A stretch of 32,000 nucleotides of DNA from Ignicoccus hospitalis KIN4/I (GTDB lineage: Archaea > Thermoproteota > Thermoprotei_A > Sulfolobales > Ignicoccaceae): positions 510,001 through 542,000 of the forward strand of contig NC_009776.1 in the NCBI RefSeq assembly GCF_000017945.1. The letters are read 5' to 3'. The notes beneath the pieces were generated by a model. The model made no database searches. It saw only the letters and a program-made list of their open reading frames with translations, and had not been told where the DNA came from. Made by a program: the position numbers and the translations under genes. This document shows, piece by piece, positions 1 to 7,717 of this stretch; position 1 is the first letter of the stretch; each line of letters starts with the position of its first letter.

Positions 1-814
1 CTATCAAGATGCTTGAAGTGTCCAAGATGTACTCCGTTGAGGCCCCCTCACCCCCCACCTTGATGGGGAGGAGGCCGGAGAGGTAGAGCGAGCTGTCGAA
101 GCCCATCCAACTCCTCGAGCTTCTGCTCGCCTTGATGAACTCTTTCATGGCTCTCAAAGACGTGCTGAAGACCTTCTTGGTTTCCTCTTCCTCATTGCCG
201 CACAGCTTAAATTTGACGCTCATAATGTTGAAGCCGCCCATCATCGCGTCTACCTTTACCTCGATTTCTGGACACTTCCTATCAGTAGCCTCGTTTATCC
301 TCTTGGTCAGCTCGGCCACCCTTTTCCTTATAGGTCCCAAATGGTTCAGCTCGACCTTTATCTTGTCGGCATAATTAGTGAACTTCGTGTTGAAGTCACT
401 CGAAGGCAAAAAGTAGACCTTCTGGAAGGTTCGGGGCACGTAGGGGAAGTACAGACCTCTCCATAAAGAGAAGGGGAAGCTCACGTGTGCTATAGTATTG
501 AAGGCCTTCGAAGCGGCCGCGGCGAGGGAAGCGCCCCCGGGGGAGACCGCCACGACGTCCGCCTTGACCTCCTTCAACTTTTTAACTCTCTCCTCCAAAT
601 CTGAATCAGAGTCGCTGGGGACCTCCTTCATCTCGACTTTAAACCCCGCCTTCTCTAGGAACTCCTTGAAGGTCTTAGCGTTCATCCTAGCTCCTTCCGA
701 GCTAGTGTAAACTATTGTTACCTCCTCCGCGCCCAGCTCCTCCAAGACCCTAACCGAGGAAAAGGCGGCCTCGAGGTTGGGTCTCCCGGCTACGAGCAAA
801 ACCGCGACCTTCAT
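1..814 (-). CDS. Partial CDS (N-terminal 271 codons, continues beyond window start): Rossmann-like (CARF/Csa3-like) domain protein running into a probable PIN-domain start
   Basis: Absent from the ORF track because it has no stop in the window. Hand translation of the reverse strand gives ATG at 814-812, and the frame stays open down to position 2. Sequence: MKVAVLLVAGRPNLEAAFSSVRVLEELGAEEVTIVYTSSEG...KADVVAVSPGGASLAAAASKAF...GGEGASTEYILDTSSILI. The ATG overlaps the glyS stop (ATGA at 814-811). Codon usage (AAG/GAG/GTC/AGG) matches the neighbours. The + strand track ORFs 132..374 and 498..710 are low-complexity antisense shadows of this gene. Confidence 0.6.
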   Translation of the reverse strand, partial: MKVAVLLVAGRPNLEAAFSSVRVLEELGAEEVTIVYTSSEGARMNAKTFKEFLEKAGFKVEMKEVPSDSDSDLEERVKKLKEVKADVVAVSPGGASLAAAASKAFNTIAHVSFPFSLWRGLYFPYVPRTFQKVYFLPSSDFNTKFTNYADKIKVELNHLGPIRKRVAELTKRINEATDRKCPEIEVKVDAMMGGFNIMSVKFKLCGNEEEETKKVFSTSLRAMKEFIKASRSSRSWMGFDSSLYLSGLLPIKVGGEGASTEYILDTSSILI

Positions 815-2553
815 TGGGGCCCGGCCGAGACGGGCTCCCCGAGCTCCTCTATAGGGAAGCCGTTCAAGAAGGCCCTCAGCTTCCCCGGGAGCTCCTCGAC
901 CCTTACGCGTACTTGCTTCCACGTGTCCCTGTCCCTCAGCGTTACGGTGTTGTCCTCAAGGGTCTGGAAGTCCACCGTTATGGCCGCCGGCACGCCCACC
1001 TCGTCGTACCTCGCGTACCTCCGCCCTATCGAACCCTTCTCGTCGTACTCCACGCGGAAGCCCGCGTCGGCCAAGAGCTTCCAGACCTCCTTGGCCTTCT
1101 CGACCAACGGCTTCTCTTCTAAGAGCGGCAGCACCACCGCTTCTATTGGAGCTAGCCTCCGGGGCAAGCTCAGCACTAGCCTCCCCTCCCTCTCCTTCAA
1201 GGCGTACTCTAAGGTGACGTACAACAACCTCTCCACGCCGAAGGAGGGCTCCACGACGTGGGGCACGAAGCGCTCTCCGGTCACCTTCTCCTCCGCCTCC
1301 TCTACCCACACCAAGCCCCTTTCCAACCTCTCGCCCGCCACCTCGACGTAGCCCTTCTCCTCCAAGCTCTTCTCCACCTCTTCGGGGTTCATCCTCTTCA
1401 GCTCCTCTATCACTTGCTTCGCCTTGGCCTTCAACCTTATACCTATTTCTTTTGCGTTCCACTTCACTACCTTTACCTTAACGACCTTAGGCTCCTTGTA
1501 CTTCCTGAAGGCGTACAGATCCTTGCCGCTGAACTTTATGTGCCTACTTAAGTCGTAGTCGCCCCGGTAGGCGTGGCCGCTGACCTCCATCCAGCCGTAG
1601 CGTTCAGTCTTCACCAACTGGTCGTACGTCTGGGAGGAGTAGTGGGCCCTCTCCTCCGGCCCTTTCTCCTCGAAGTACTGGTTCTCGTCGGGTACGCCCA
1701 ACTCGTTTAACAGCTCCTTGGCCTTCAACATCCAATAAGCCATCCACTTGTTTATTATCCATCCCTTCTCCAAGGCTTCTCTGACCGTCACCTCCACGGG
1801 CTCTTTCCTCCCCTCCTTAGCTAGCTCCCAAGGCAGGAGCCTCAGCTTGGCGTCGTAGTCCAACGGAGGTTCGCCGGGGTCCAAGGGGTCGATGAAGAAC
1901 TCTATCTCAGCTATTGTGAACTCCCTAAGCCTCAACAACCCTTGACGGGGAGATATCTCGTTCCTCCCTACTCTGCCTATCTGCGCTATCCCGAAGGGGA
2001 GCCTCTCCCTCATGTATTGGTATACGCGCTTGAAGTTGACGAAGGCGCCTTGGGCGGTCTCCGGCCTTATGAAGCCCTTGTCGCCTTCGTAAGGGCCTAT
2101 CTGGGTCTGGAAGAGCAGCAAGAACGGGCGGACCTCCCCCAACTCGCCGCCGCACACCGGACACCTTATGTTATTCTCTCTAATGAGTTTGGTTAAGTCC
2201 TCGGGGCTGAGGCCTTCTACCTTTATCCCCAGCTTTTCCTCTATCAAGTGGTCGGCGCGGAACTTCCTCCCGCACGACTTACACTCCACCACCGGGTCGG
2301 TGAAGTTCTCGACGTGCCCGGACGCCTCCAACACCTTGTAGGGCGTGATTATTGGGGTCTCCATTTCTACTACCATCCTTTGAAGGGGCCTTACCAGCTT
2401 CTCCTTCCACAACTCAACAATCTTGTTCTTCAGTTCCTTGCCCAAAGGACCCAGGTCGTAGAAGCCGGCCACGCCGCCGTAGATCTCCCAAGAGGGCCAG
2501 TAGAAGCCCCTCCTCTGGGCTAGGTCGGCCACCTTCGAGGCCTTGTCTTGCAA
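811..2553 (-). CDS. glyS: Glycyl-tRNA synthetase, archaeal/eukaryal class II type
   Basis: 580-aa ORF with a TTG start. N-terminus is QRRGFYWPSWEIYGG. Has a motif-2-like FIRPETAQG, a SFGVERL motif, and a CxxC-x36-CxxC insertion (CKSCG...CPVCG). Confidence 0.93.
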   Translation of the reverse strand: MQDKASKVADLAQRRGFYWPSWEIYGGVAGFYDLGPLGKELKNKIVELWKEKLVRPLQRMVVEMETPIITPYKVLEASGHVENFTDPVVECKSCGRKFRADHLIEEKLGIKVEGLSPEDLTKLIRENNIRCPVCGGELGEVRPFLLLFQTQIGPYEGDKGFIRPETAQGAFVNFKRVYQYMRERLPFGIAQIGRVGRNEISPRQGLLRLREFTIAEIEFFIDPLDPGEPPLDYDAKLRLLPWELAKEGRKEPVEVTVREALEKGWIINKWMAYWMLKAKELLNELGVPDENQYFEEKGPEERAHYSSQTYDQLVKTERYGWMEVSGHAYRGDYDLSRHIKFSGKDLYAFRKYKEPKVVKVKVVKWNAKEIGIRLKAKAKQVIEELKRMNPEEVEKSLEEKGYVEVAGERLERGLVWVEEAEEKVTGERFVPHVVEPSFGVERLLYVTLEYALKEREGRLVLSLPRRLAPIEAVVLPLLEEKPLVEKAKEVWKLLADAGFRVEYDEKGSIGRRYARYDEVGVPAAITVDFQTLEDNTVTLRDRDTWKQVRVRVEELPGKLRAFLNGFPIEELGEPVSAGPQ

Positions 2554-2572
2554 TTCCGCGTCCCCGAAGGGG

Positions 2573-2593
2573 GTTTAAGCGGAGCATATATTC
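2573..2593. promoter_or_regulatory. Putative bidirectional promoter elements (tttaag / gcatatatt) between glyS and the small membrane ORF
   Basis: These are the only AT-rich boxes in the 58-nt divergent spacer 2554..2611. Each lies about 20-27 nt from the start codon it faces (TTG 2553 on minus, GTG 2612 on plus), as expected for leaderless crenarchaeal transcripts. Confidence 0.35.
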
Positions 2594-2611
2594 ACCTCGG
2601 GGACCGGACGA

Positions 2612-2800
2612 GTGAAGAAGCGTTACTACGGCCCTTTGTTGAGCGTTGCGCTGAAGCTCGCCCCGTTCTTGGCTCTGACGGCCTTGTTGGCGCTTCCGTT
2701 CGTATTTAAGGAAACGTTCTTCATGCTACTAGGGGTAGCCTTCTTCATATACCTAATCGTCAACCTAGCTTACGTCGCCTACTTAGAACGCTCTCTATGA
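2612..2800 (+). CDS. Hypothetical small membrane protein (2 predicted TM helices)
   Basis: 62-aa ORF with a GTG start. Hydrophobic segments are LLSVALKLAPFLALTALLALPFVF and FFMLLGVAFFIYLIVNLAYVAYL. A promoter-like box lies about 20-25 nt upstream. The 3' end overlaps the convergent glycosyltransferase-like gene by 41 nt. No homolog recognised. Confidence 0.4.
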   Translation: MKKRYYGPLLSVALKLAPFLALTALLALPFVFKETFFMLLGVAFFIYLIVNLAYVAYLERSL

Positions 2801-4097
2801 TTTCCTCTATCGCCTCCTCGCTCCGGGTCCTCTCCCTCAGCTCGCACTCGCACTCCCCCGGACCCGCTTTCACCAACTTGAGGGCGACCTCTAGGAGCTC
2901 CTCGAAGTTGTTCACAACTATCGCGCAGTCACACTTCTTAGTCAAGGCCTCGAGTGTTTTCAAGTATTCTTCGTTATTCCAAATTATGATGGGCTTATTA
3001 AACAAAACGTAGTCAGCTAACTTAGCAGGGGCGCCGTAGAACTTATAAGCTCTGAAGGGGTCGTAGAGGGCTAAGAAGGCGTCGCACTCTCGCGCGTACG
3101 CTTTGTAAAGCTCCTCCTTAACGGTTATGTAGTCGAATTCTACGTTGCTAAAGGCGCCTACCAAGTTCTTGAAGAACCGATATAGGTTTATTGGAGCCCC
3201 GAATATCTTGAACTTTATTTTGTCATGCATATCAAAGGCCTCGTTCATAGCATATATCAACTTCGCCAGCTCCTTCCAGCCTTGATGGGGGTAGAAGCTG
3301 CCGGAAGTACAAAACGTGAAGGGCCCTCCCTCCTTGGAGCTGGGGTACTTTGTCTTGGAGTACAAAGGCGGGTACAAGGCTATCATCTTACCCTTACACA
3401 ACTTCTTTAGAGGCCAAGGCACCTCTTCGAGTATGACCTCGGCCCCTCCTTCAGATATGGTAAACACGAAGTCGTGAAGCAAACAAGACAAGATCCTCGT
3501 GAGCCACACTTGGGAGGCTTGTGCAGCTATAGCCTTAATTTTTGAGGGAAAGGCGTCCACGCCCAGCTCTATCAAGCCCCACAAGTTTTCGTTGAAGTTT
3601 TCGTCAACCAAAATCGCGTCTCGAGGAGAAGAGAGGCGGAGGGCCAGCCAATAGGCCAATGAGAGGGAGGTGGTCGCTGGGGGTCTACTAATTATTAAGC
3701 TACTTAATTTTAACGCCTCCCTAAGCCGTCTAACTCCATCCCTTGACAGTACTAGGGGAGGAAAATAGCTAAAGAGTCCTCTGGTCAACCTTTGGATGGT
3801 TGCGTTTAAGTTTTTAAGATTATAGTAGAGCGGGTTGTACATATCTGCTTCGATTACCTTTATGTTCAATGAGCTGTCGAATTTGGGCTTCTCTACGAAC
3901 ACTCTTCCCGCAAAGACCAAGTCCACCTCGTAGTCTACACCCTTCTCCTTCAAAACTTGAGCTATTGAGGTTGCTAAGTTAACTACATGAGAATAAGAAC
4001 CGCCCGCTACCCGGACCTCCGGGTGGCCGTAAACCACGCTGACTTTTACCAAGTAGCGATCACCTCCTCCCAAACGCTGTAGGAGAACACTTGCCAC
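2760..4097 (-). CDS. Glycosyltransferase-like protein (GT-B / GT4-like, divergent)
   Basis: 445-aa track ORF. The likely real start is TTG at 4052 (codon 16), which removes most of the overlap with asnB. From there the protein reads (L)VKVSVVYGHPEVRVAGGSYSHVVNLATSIAQVLKEKG, a typical GT4 N-terminus. The C-terminal half has YGAPAKLADYVLFNKPIIIW, which resembles the GT1/GT4 donor-binding region. Assignment by eye only. The gene is visibly AT-richer than its neighbours. Confidence 0.5.
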   Translation of the reverse strand: MASVLLQRLGGGDRYLVKVSVVYGHPEVRVAGGSYSHVVNLATSIAQVLKEKGVDYEVDLVFAGRVFVEKPKFDSSLNIKVIEADMYNPLYYNLKNLNATIQRLTRGLFSYFPPLVLSRDGVRRLREALKLSSLIISRPPATTSLSLAYWLALRLSSPRDAILVDENFNENLWGLIELGVDAFPSKIKAIAAQASQVWLTRILSCLLHDFVFTISEGGAEVILEEVPWPLKKLCKGKMIALYPPLYSKTKYPSSKEGGPFTFCTSGSFYPHQGWKELAKLIYAMNEAFDMHDKIKFKIFGAPINLYRFFKNLVGAFSNVEFDYITVKEELYKAYARECDAFLALYDPFRAYKFYGAPAKLADYVLFNKPIIIWNNEEYLKTLEALTKKCDCAIVVNNFEELLEVALKLVKAGPGECECELRERTRSEEAIEEIIESVLSRRRKLG

Positions 4098-5878
4098 GCT
4101 ACGAATGACAACCTCTTCGTATCGTACCTCTCAAATATGTTCGGGTCTATGACCTTTTTTAATATCTCGCTGCTCTTGAGCCTTGAGGGTGCCTCCTCCT
4201 CGGCTATCCTCATTAGGACGTCCTTAGCTTGCTGTCCGAAGCCGACCTTCCTAGATGTGACCTTTCTCCAAGTCTCCTCACTCAAGTATTTCTTTAATAT
4301 CAACTTCCCAATGAGCTTTGGCTCTTTCATCATTATGTATCTCTTCCAAGCTGGGTCTAAGCTCATAGCTTTTTCTATTAACTTGTAGTCCAATAGCGGC
4401 GCCCTGGCTTCCACGCTCGCAGCCATAGAGTAGAAGTCTACCTTCAAGTTCAAGTGGTTGGGTATCCTCTGGTTGTACTCGTACGAGAGGAGCCTCTCGG
4501 CGAGGTTCCTAGGGGCGGAGAGGGACTCCAGAACCCGGTAGCTTAACACTAAGAGGTCGCAGAGCTCCGGGGGGAAGGCCTCGCAGCACTGGGACCTCAA
4601 GGAGAGCCCCCTGGCGGTCACGAGCTTGTGTAGGGTGGCGTAACACAAGGCCTTGTTGTAGTAACTTCTAACTTCCTTCACGACCCAGAAGGGGAGCTCG
4701 AGCAAGGGGAGGGAGGAGAGGGTTAAGGTGAGCTCGTATATTTGTTTATACACGGGGTAGCCGAAGAAGAGCTCGTCCCCTCCCTCCCCGACGATGATTA
4801 CCTTGTAGCCCCTTTCCCTCGCCGCCTTAGCCATCCCGTACCCCATCACCAAGCTGGGGTCAGTTATGGGCAGCCCGACCTTTTTGGTCAGCTCGTAAGT
4901 GAGCTTTATGTAATCCTCAAAGTCGAATTCGACCACTGCGTGGTCGAGGTTTAGCTCCTCAGCAACTTTAGAGGCCAACTCCACTTCGTCGAACTCCCCG
5001 GCGCCCTTAACAGTCACGGTGAAGGTGCTAACGTCGTTCCTGTTGAGTTCCTTCGTTATTATTGAGGCTAGCAACGTAGAGTCCACGCCGGAGCTCAAGG
5101 CCAAGGAGACCGGCACGTCCGCTATTAACCTATACTCCACCGCCCTTATCAGCTCTCGATGGAGCTCCTTCACGTAGCTCGTTATATCACTCACCCTTTT
5201 ATCGAACTTCAAGGTGTAGTACTTCTTCTTTTCTATAACCTTCCCGTCTTTTATTATCATATATTCTCCGTTCCTAAGCAACTTGACGTTTTCGAAGAAG
5301 TGCTGTTCCGGGAGGGGGGAGAAGTGCGCGAAGAGGTAGAAGGCTCCCAAGGGGTTCTTGCTCAAGTTCTTCACGAACGCCTTAATCGCTGAAGGCTCTG
5401 AGGCGAGAACGACGAAGTCCTCACCTTGGTAATAGAATAAAGGCTTCTTGCCCACGTGGTCCCTGGCAACGAATATTGTGCCCTTCCTTTCGTCGTATAT
5501 CGCGAACGCGAACATCCCCCTTAAGGAGTGAACCACGTCCACTCCCATCTCCTCGTACGCGTGCAACAAGACCTCGGTGTCCGTGTTGGACAAGAACTCG
5601 TGTTCGTCCTTCAAGTTCTGGCGGATTTCTTTATAATTGTATATCTCACCGTTCAACACTACTCCCACGGAACCGTCCTCGTTGAACATGGGTTGGAGGC
5701 CCTCGTCCTTAGGGTCTATTATGGCTAGCCTGACGTTGCCCAGCGCGGTCTTGCGGTCCTCAGATATCCAATACCCCCTCCCGTCCGGCCCCCTGTGTTC
5801 TATTGCGTCCAGAGCAGAGACGAGTCGGCGCTCCTCCACGCACGGCCTAGCGCAGCTCACCGCTACGATCCCGCACAA
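4046..5878 (-). CDS. asnB: Asparagine synthase (glutamine-hydrolysing) family amidotransferase
   Basis: 610-aa ORF. TTG-TGC-GGG-ATC gives MCGIVAV, carrying the Ntn glutaminase Cys. Also LNGEIYNY and the PP-loop LSSGVDST. An in-frame TGA three codons upstream fixes TTG as the start. AGGTGA lies about 7 nt upstream of the TTG. Confidence 0.87.
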   Translation of the reverse strand: MCGIVAVSCARPCVEERRLVSALDAIEHRGPDGRGYWISEDRKTALGNVRLAIIDPKDEGLQPMFNEDGSVGVVLNGEIYNYKEIRQNLKDEHEFLSNTDTEVLLHAYEEMGVDVVHSLRGMFAFAIYDERKGTIFVARDHVGKKPLFYYQGEDFVVLASEPSAIKAFVKNLSKNPLGAFYLFAHFSPLPEQHFFENVKLLRNGEYMIIKDGKVIEKKKYYTLKFDKRVSDITSYVKELHRELIRAVEYRLIADVPVSLALSSGVDSTLLASIITKELNRNDVSTFTVTVKGAGEFDEVELASKVAEELNLDHAVVEFDFEDYIKLTYELTKKVGLPITDPSLVMGYGMAKAARERGYKVIIVGEGGDELFFGYPVYKQIYELTLTLSSLPLLELPFWVVKEVRSYYNKALCYATLHKLVTARGLSLRSQCCEAFPPELCDLLVLSYRVLESLSAPRNLAERLLSYEYNQRIPNHLNLKVDFYSMAASVEARAPLLDYKLIEKAMSLDPAWKRYIMMKEPKLIGKLILKKYLSEETWRKVTSRKVGFGQQAKDVLMRIAEEEAPSRLKSSEILKKVIDPNIFERYDTKRLSFVAWQVFSYSVWEEVIATW

Positions 5879-5937
5879 GCCCCTTCACCTTTCGCCGGCA
5901 CGCTCCGGCTAAGGGCCCGCGACGCGCGACTTTTGAC

Positions 5938-7407
5938 CTAAAAGCCGTACTCGCGCCACCTCCTCTCCACCAATTCCGAGACCTTGGGGTCAGGCGCGCT
6001 CCGCTCCGGCCACTCGTAGCCGCACTCTTCCTTGAACTTCCTCGTCGCGTCTATTATCATCTTGCTCCCAGCTGGAGGGCTGGGCGAGGTGTGGTCCAGC
6101 ACGTCTGTCACGTCGTTTCTAATGATCTCTACGTCCCTCTCGGGGTCTACGGTGGAAGCTATCGCGTAAGCCACCTCGCCCCAGTCGTGCACGTTCACGT
6201 CTTGGTCTACCACTATCACGATTTTCGTGAAGCTCATTTGGCCTAGGCCCAACAAGGCGTGAGCTACCTTCCGCGCGTGGCCGGGGTACTTCTTCCTTAT
6301 GGACACTATGGCGATCCCGTGGAACAGCCCTTCGGGGGGCAAATTCATATCGATTACCTCGGGGACGAGCCACTTGATCAAAGGCAAGAATATCCTTTCC
6401 GTCGCCTTGCCTATGTAAGCGTCCTCCATAGGTGGCCTCCCCACAACCGTCCCGTAGTAAATTGGGTCCGTCCTCACGAAGAACTTCTCTGCGTGGAAGA
6501 CGGGGTACAAGTCCCTAGGGGTGTAATAGCCGGTGTGGTCGCCGAAGGGGCCCTCCCAAGCGAGCTCGCCTACCTTCACGTAACCAGTAATCACAGCCTC
6601 CGCGTAGGCTGGGACCAAGAGGTCGCCTACCTCTACCACCTTGACCGGCGAGCCCCTCAAGACCCCGGCGAAGGCGTACTTGTCTATCCCCTCCGGGACG
6701 GGAAGGGCTCCGGTAAGCAAAGTGGCGGGGTCCCCGCCTATCACAATGGCCACTGGCATCTTCTCGAAGCCTAGCTCTTTGTATTTAGCGTAGTGAGAAG
6801 CCCCCCTCTTATGCACTTGCCAATGTATGACGGCCCTCTTGGGAGAGTATATCATTATCCGGTAGATGCCGAAGTTGTAAGTACCGCTCTCCGGGTCCTT
6901 CGTAACGGTCAAAGCGTAAGTCAAGTACCTCGAAGCGTCCTTAGGCCACGTCTTAAAGGCCGGCAACGAGAGGAAGTCCGGCTCCTTTTCGTTCTCTAAA
7001 ACGGGGCCCTTGCGAACTTTCTTGGGTAGGTACTTTCCCATGTTTATGAACTCCATTAAGGTCTTGACCTTTTCACCGAAGCTGCGCGCTCCGGAAGCTT
7101 TGAAGGGTGCGAGGAACCTCTCCCCGAGCTCCTCGAGCTCCTCAGTTCCCAAGGCCAGCTTTATCAAATTCGTGGAACCGAACAAGTTACCGGCCACCTT
7201 CCAGTCGGGGTAGCCCTTGAGCTTCTCGAAGAGGACCGCCTTGTCGAACCTCCTCCACATGAGCCTCCTGAGAACCTCGGGGACCTCCTCGACGGGGTCT
7301 ACCTCGACGTTGACCTTGTGCAGTAGACCTTTCTCATCGAGTAAGTTTAAGTAATCCCTCAAGTCCTCGAGCAAGCTAGCCCCGGTCGCCCCAGCAAGCA
7401 AAACCAA
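5938..7407 (-). CDS. UbiD-family (prenyl-FMN dependent) decarboxylase; candidate anhydromevalonate-phosphate decarboxylase
   Basis: 489-aa ORF. N-terminus LRDYLNLLDEKGLLHKVNVEVDP, then VAIVIGGDPATLL and WEGPFGDHTGYYTP. All are typical UbiD signatures as I recall them. The specific substrate is inference only. Confidence 0.85.
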   Translation of the reverse strand: MVLLAGATGASLLEDLRDYLNLLDEKGLLHKVNVEVDPVEEVPEVLRRLMWRRFDKAVLFEKLKGYPDWKVAGNLFGSTNLIKLALGTEELEELGERFLAPFKASGARSFGEKVKTLMEFINMGKYLPKKVRKGPVLENEKEPDFLSLPAFKTWPKDASRYLTYALTVTKDPESGTYNFGIYRIMIYSPKRAVIHWQVHKRGASHYAKYKELGFEKMPVAIVIGGDPATLLTGALPVPEGIDKYAFAGVLRGSPVKVVEVGDLLVPAYAEAVITGYVKVGELAWEGPFGDHTGYYTPRDLYPVFHAEKFFVRTDPIYYGTVVGRPPMEDAYIGKATERIFLPLIKWLVPEVIDMNLPPEGLFHGIAIVSIRKKYPGHARKVAHALLGLGQMSFTKIVIVVDQDVNVHDWGEVAYAIASTVDPERDVEIIRNDVTDVLDHTSPSPPAGSKMIIDATRKFKEECGYEWPERSAPDPKVSELVERRWREYGF

Positions 7408-7447
7408 TTAACGCTCCACCAGAAGGCGGGCCGAGGGTCTTAGAGCG

Positions 7448-7702
7448 ATGTGCCTAGGCATACCCGCGACCGTGAAAGAGGTGTACGAGGACGGCACCGC
7501 GGCGGTGGACGTCTTCGGCAACGAGGCGATAGTGGACTTGACCTTAGTGCCGGACGTCAAGCCCGGAGACAAGGTGATAGTCCACGCGGGCGCGGCGATA
7601 GCTAAGGTGGACGAGGAGCGGTGGCGGGAGGCCTACGAGCTCTGGAAGCAAGTCCTCGAGACGCTGGACAAGTTATACGAAGAGCAAGCCCAGAGTCAAT
7701 AA
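7448..7702 (+). CDS. hypC: Hydrogenase maturation chaperone HypC/HupF
   Basis: 84-aa ORF with an ATG start. Has the diagnostic N-terminus MCLGIPA. Size is typical of the family. Confidence 0.9.
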   Translation: MCLGIPATVKEVYEDGTAAVDVFGNEAIVDLTLVPDVKPGDKVIVHAGAAIAKVDEERWREAYELWKQVLETLDKLYEEQAQSQ

Positions 7703-7717
7703 GTCGTCGAAGCCCAT

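Noticed and set aside
132-710. + strand ORFs 132..374 and 498..710
   Set aside because: They are antisense to the continuous 271-codon minus-strand frame that starts at 814. They are S/L/F-rich low-complexity sequences with no motifs.
956-1462. 168-aa minus-strand ORF (and the + strand ORFs 814..1122, 923..1351, 1258..1551) inside the glyS region
   Set aside because: They overlap the strongly supported GlyRS frame. Their products are R/G/E- or S/T/P-rich low-complexity sequences, typical of off-frame or antisense reading of GC-rich coding DNA.
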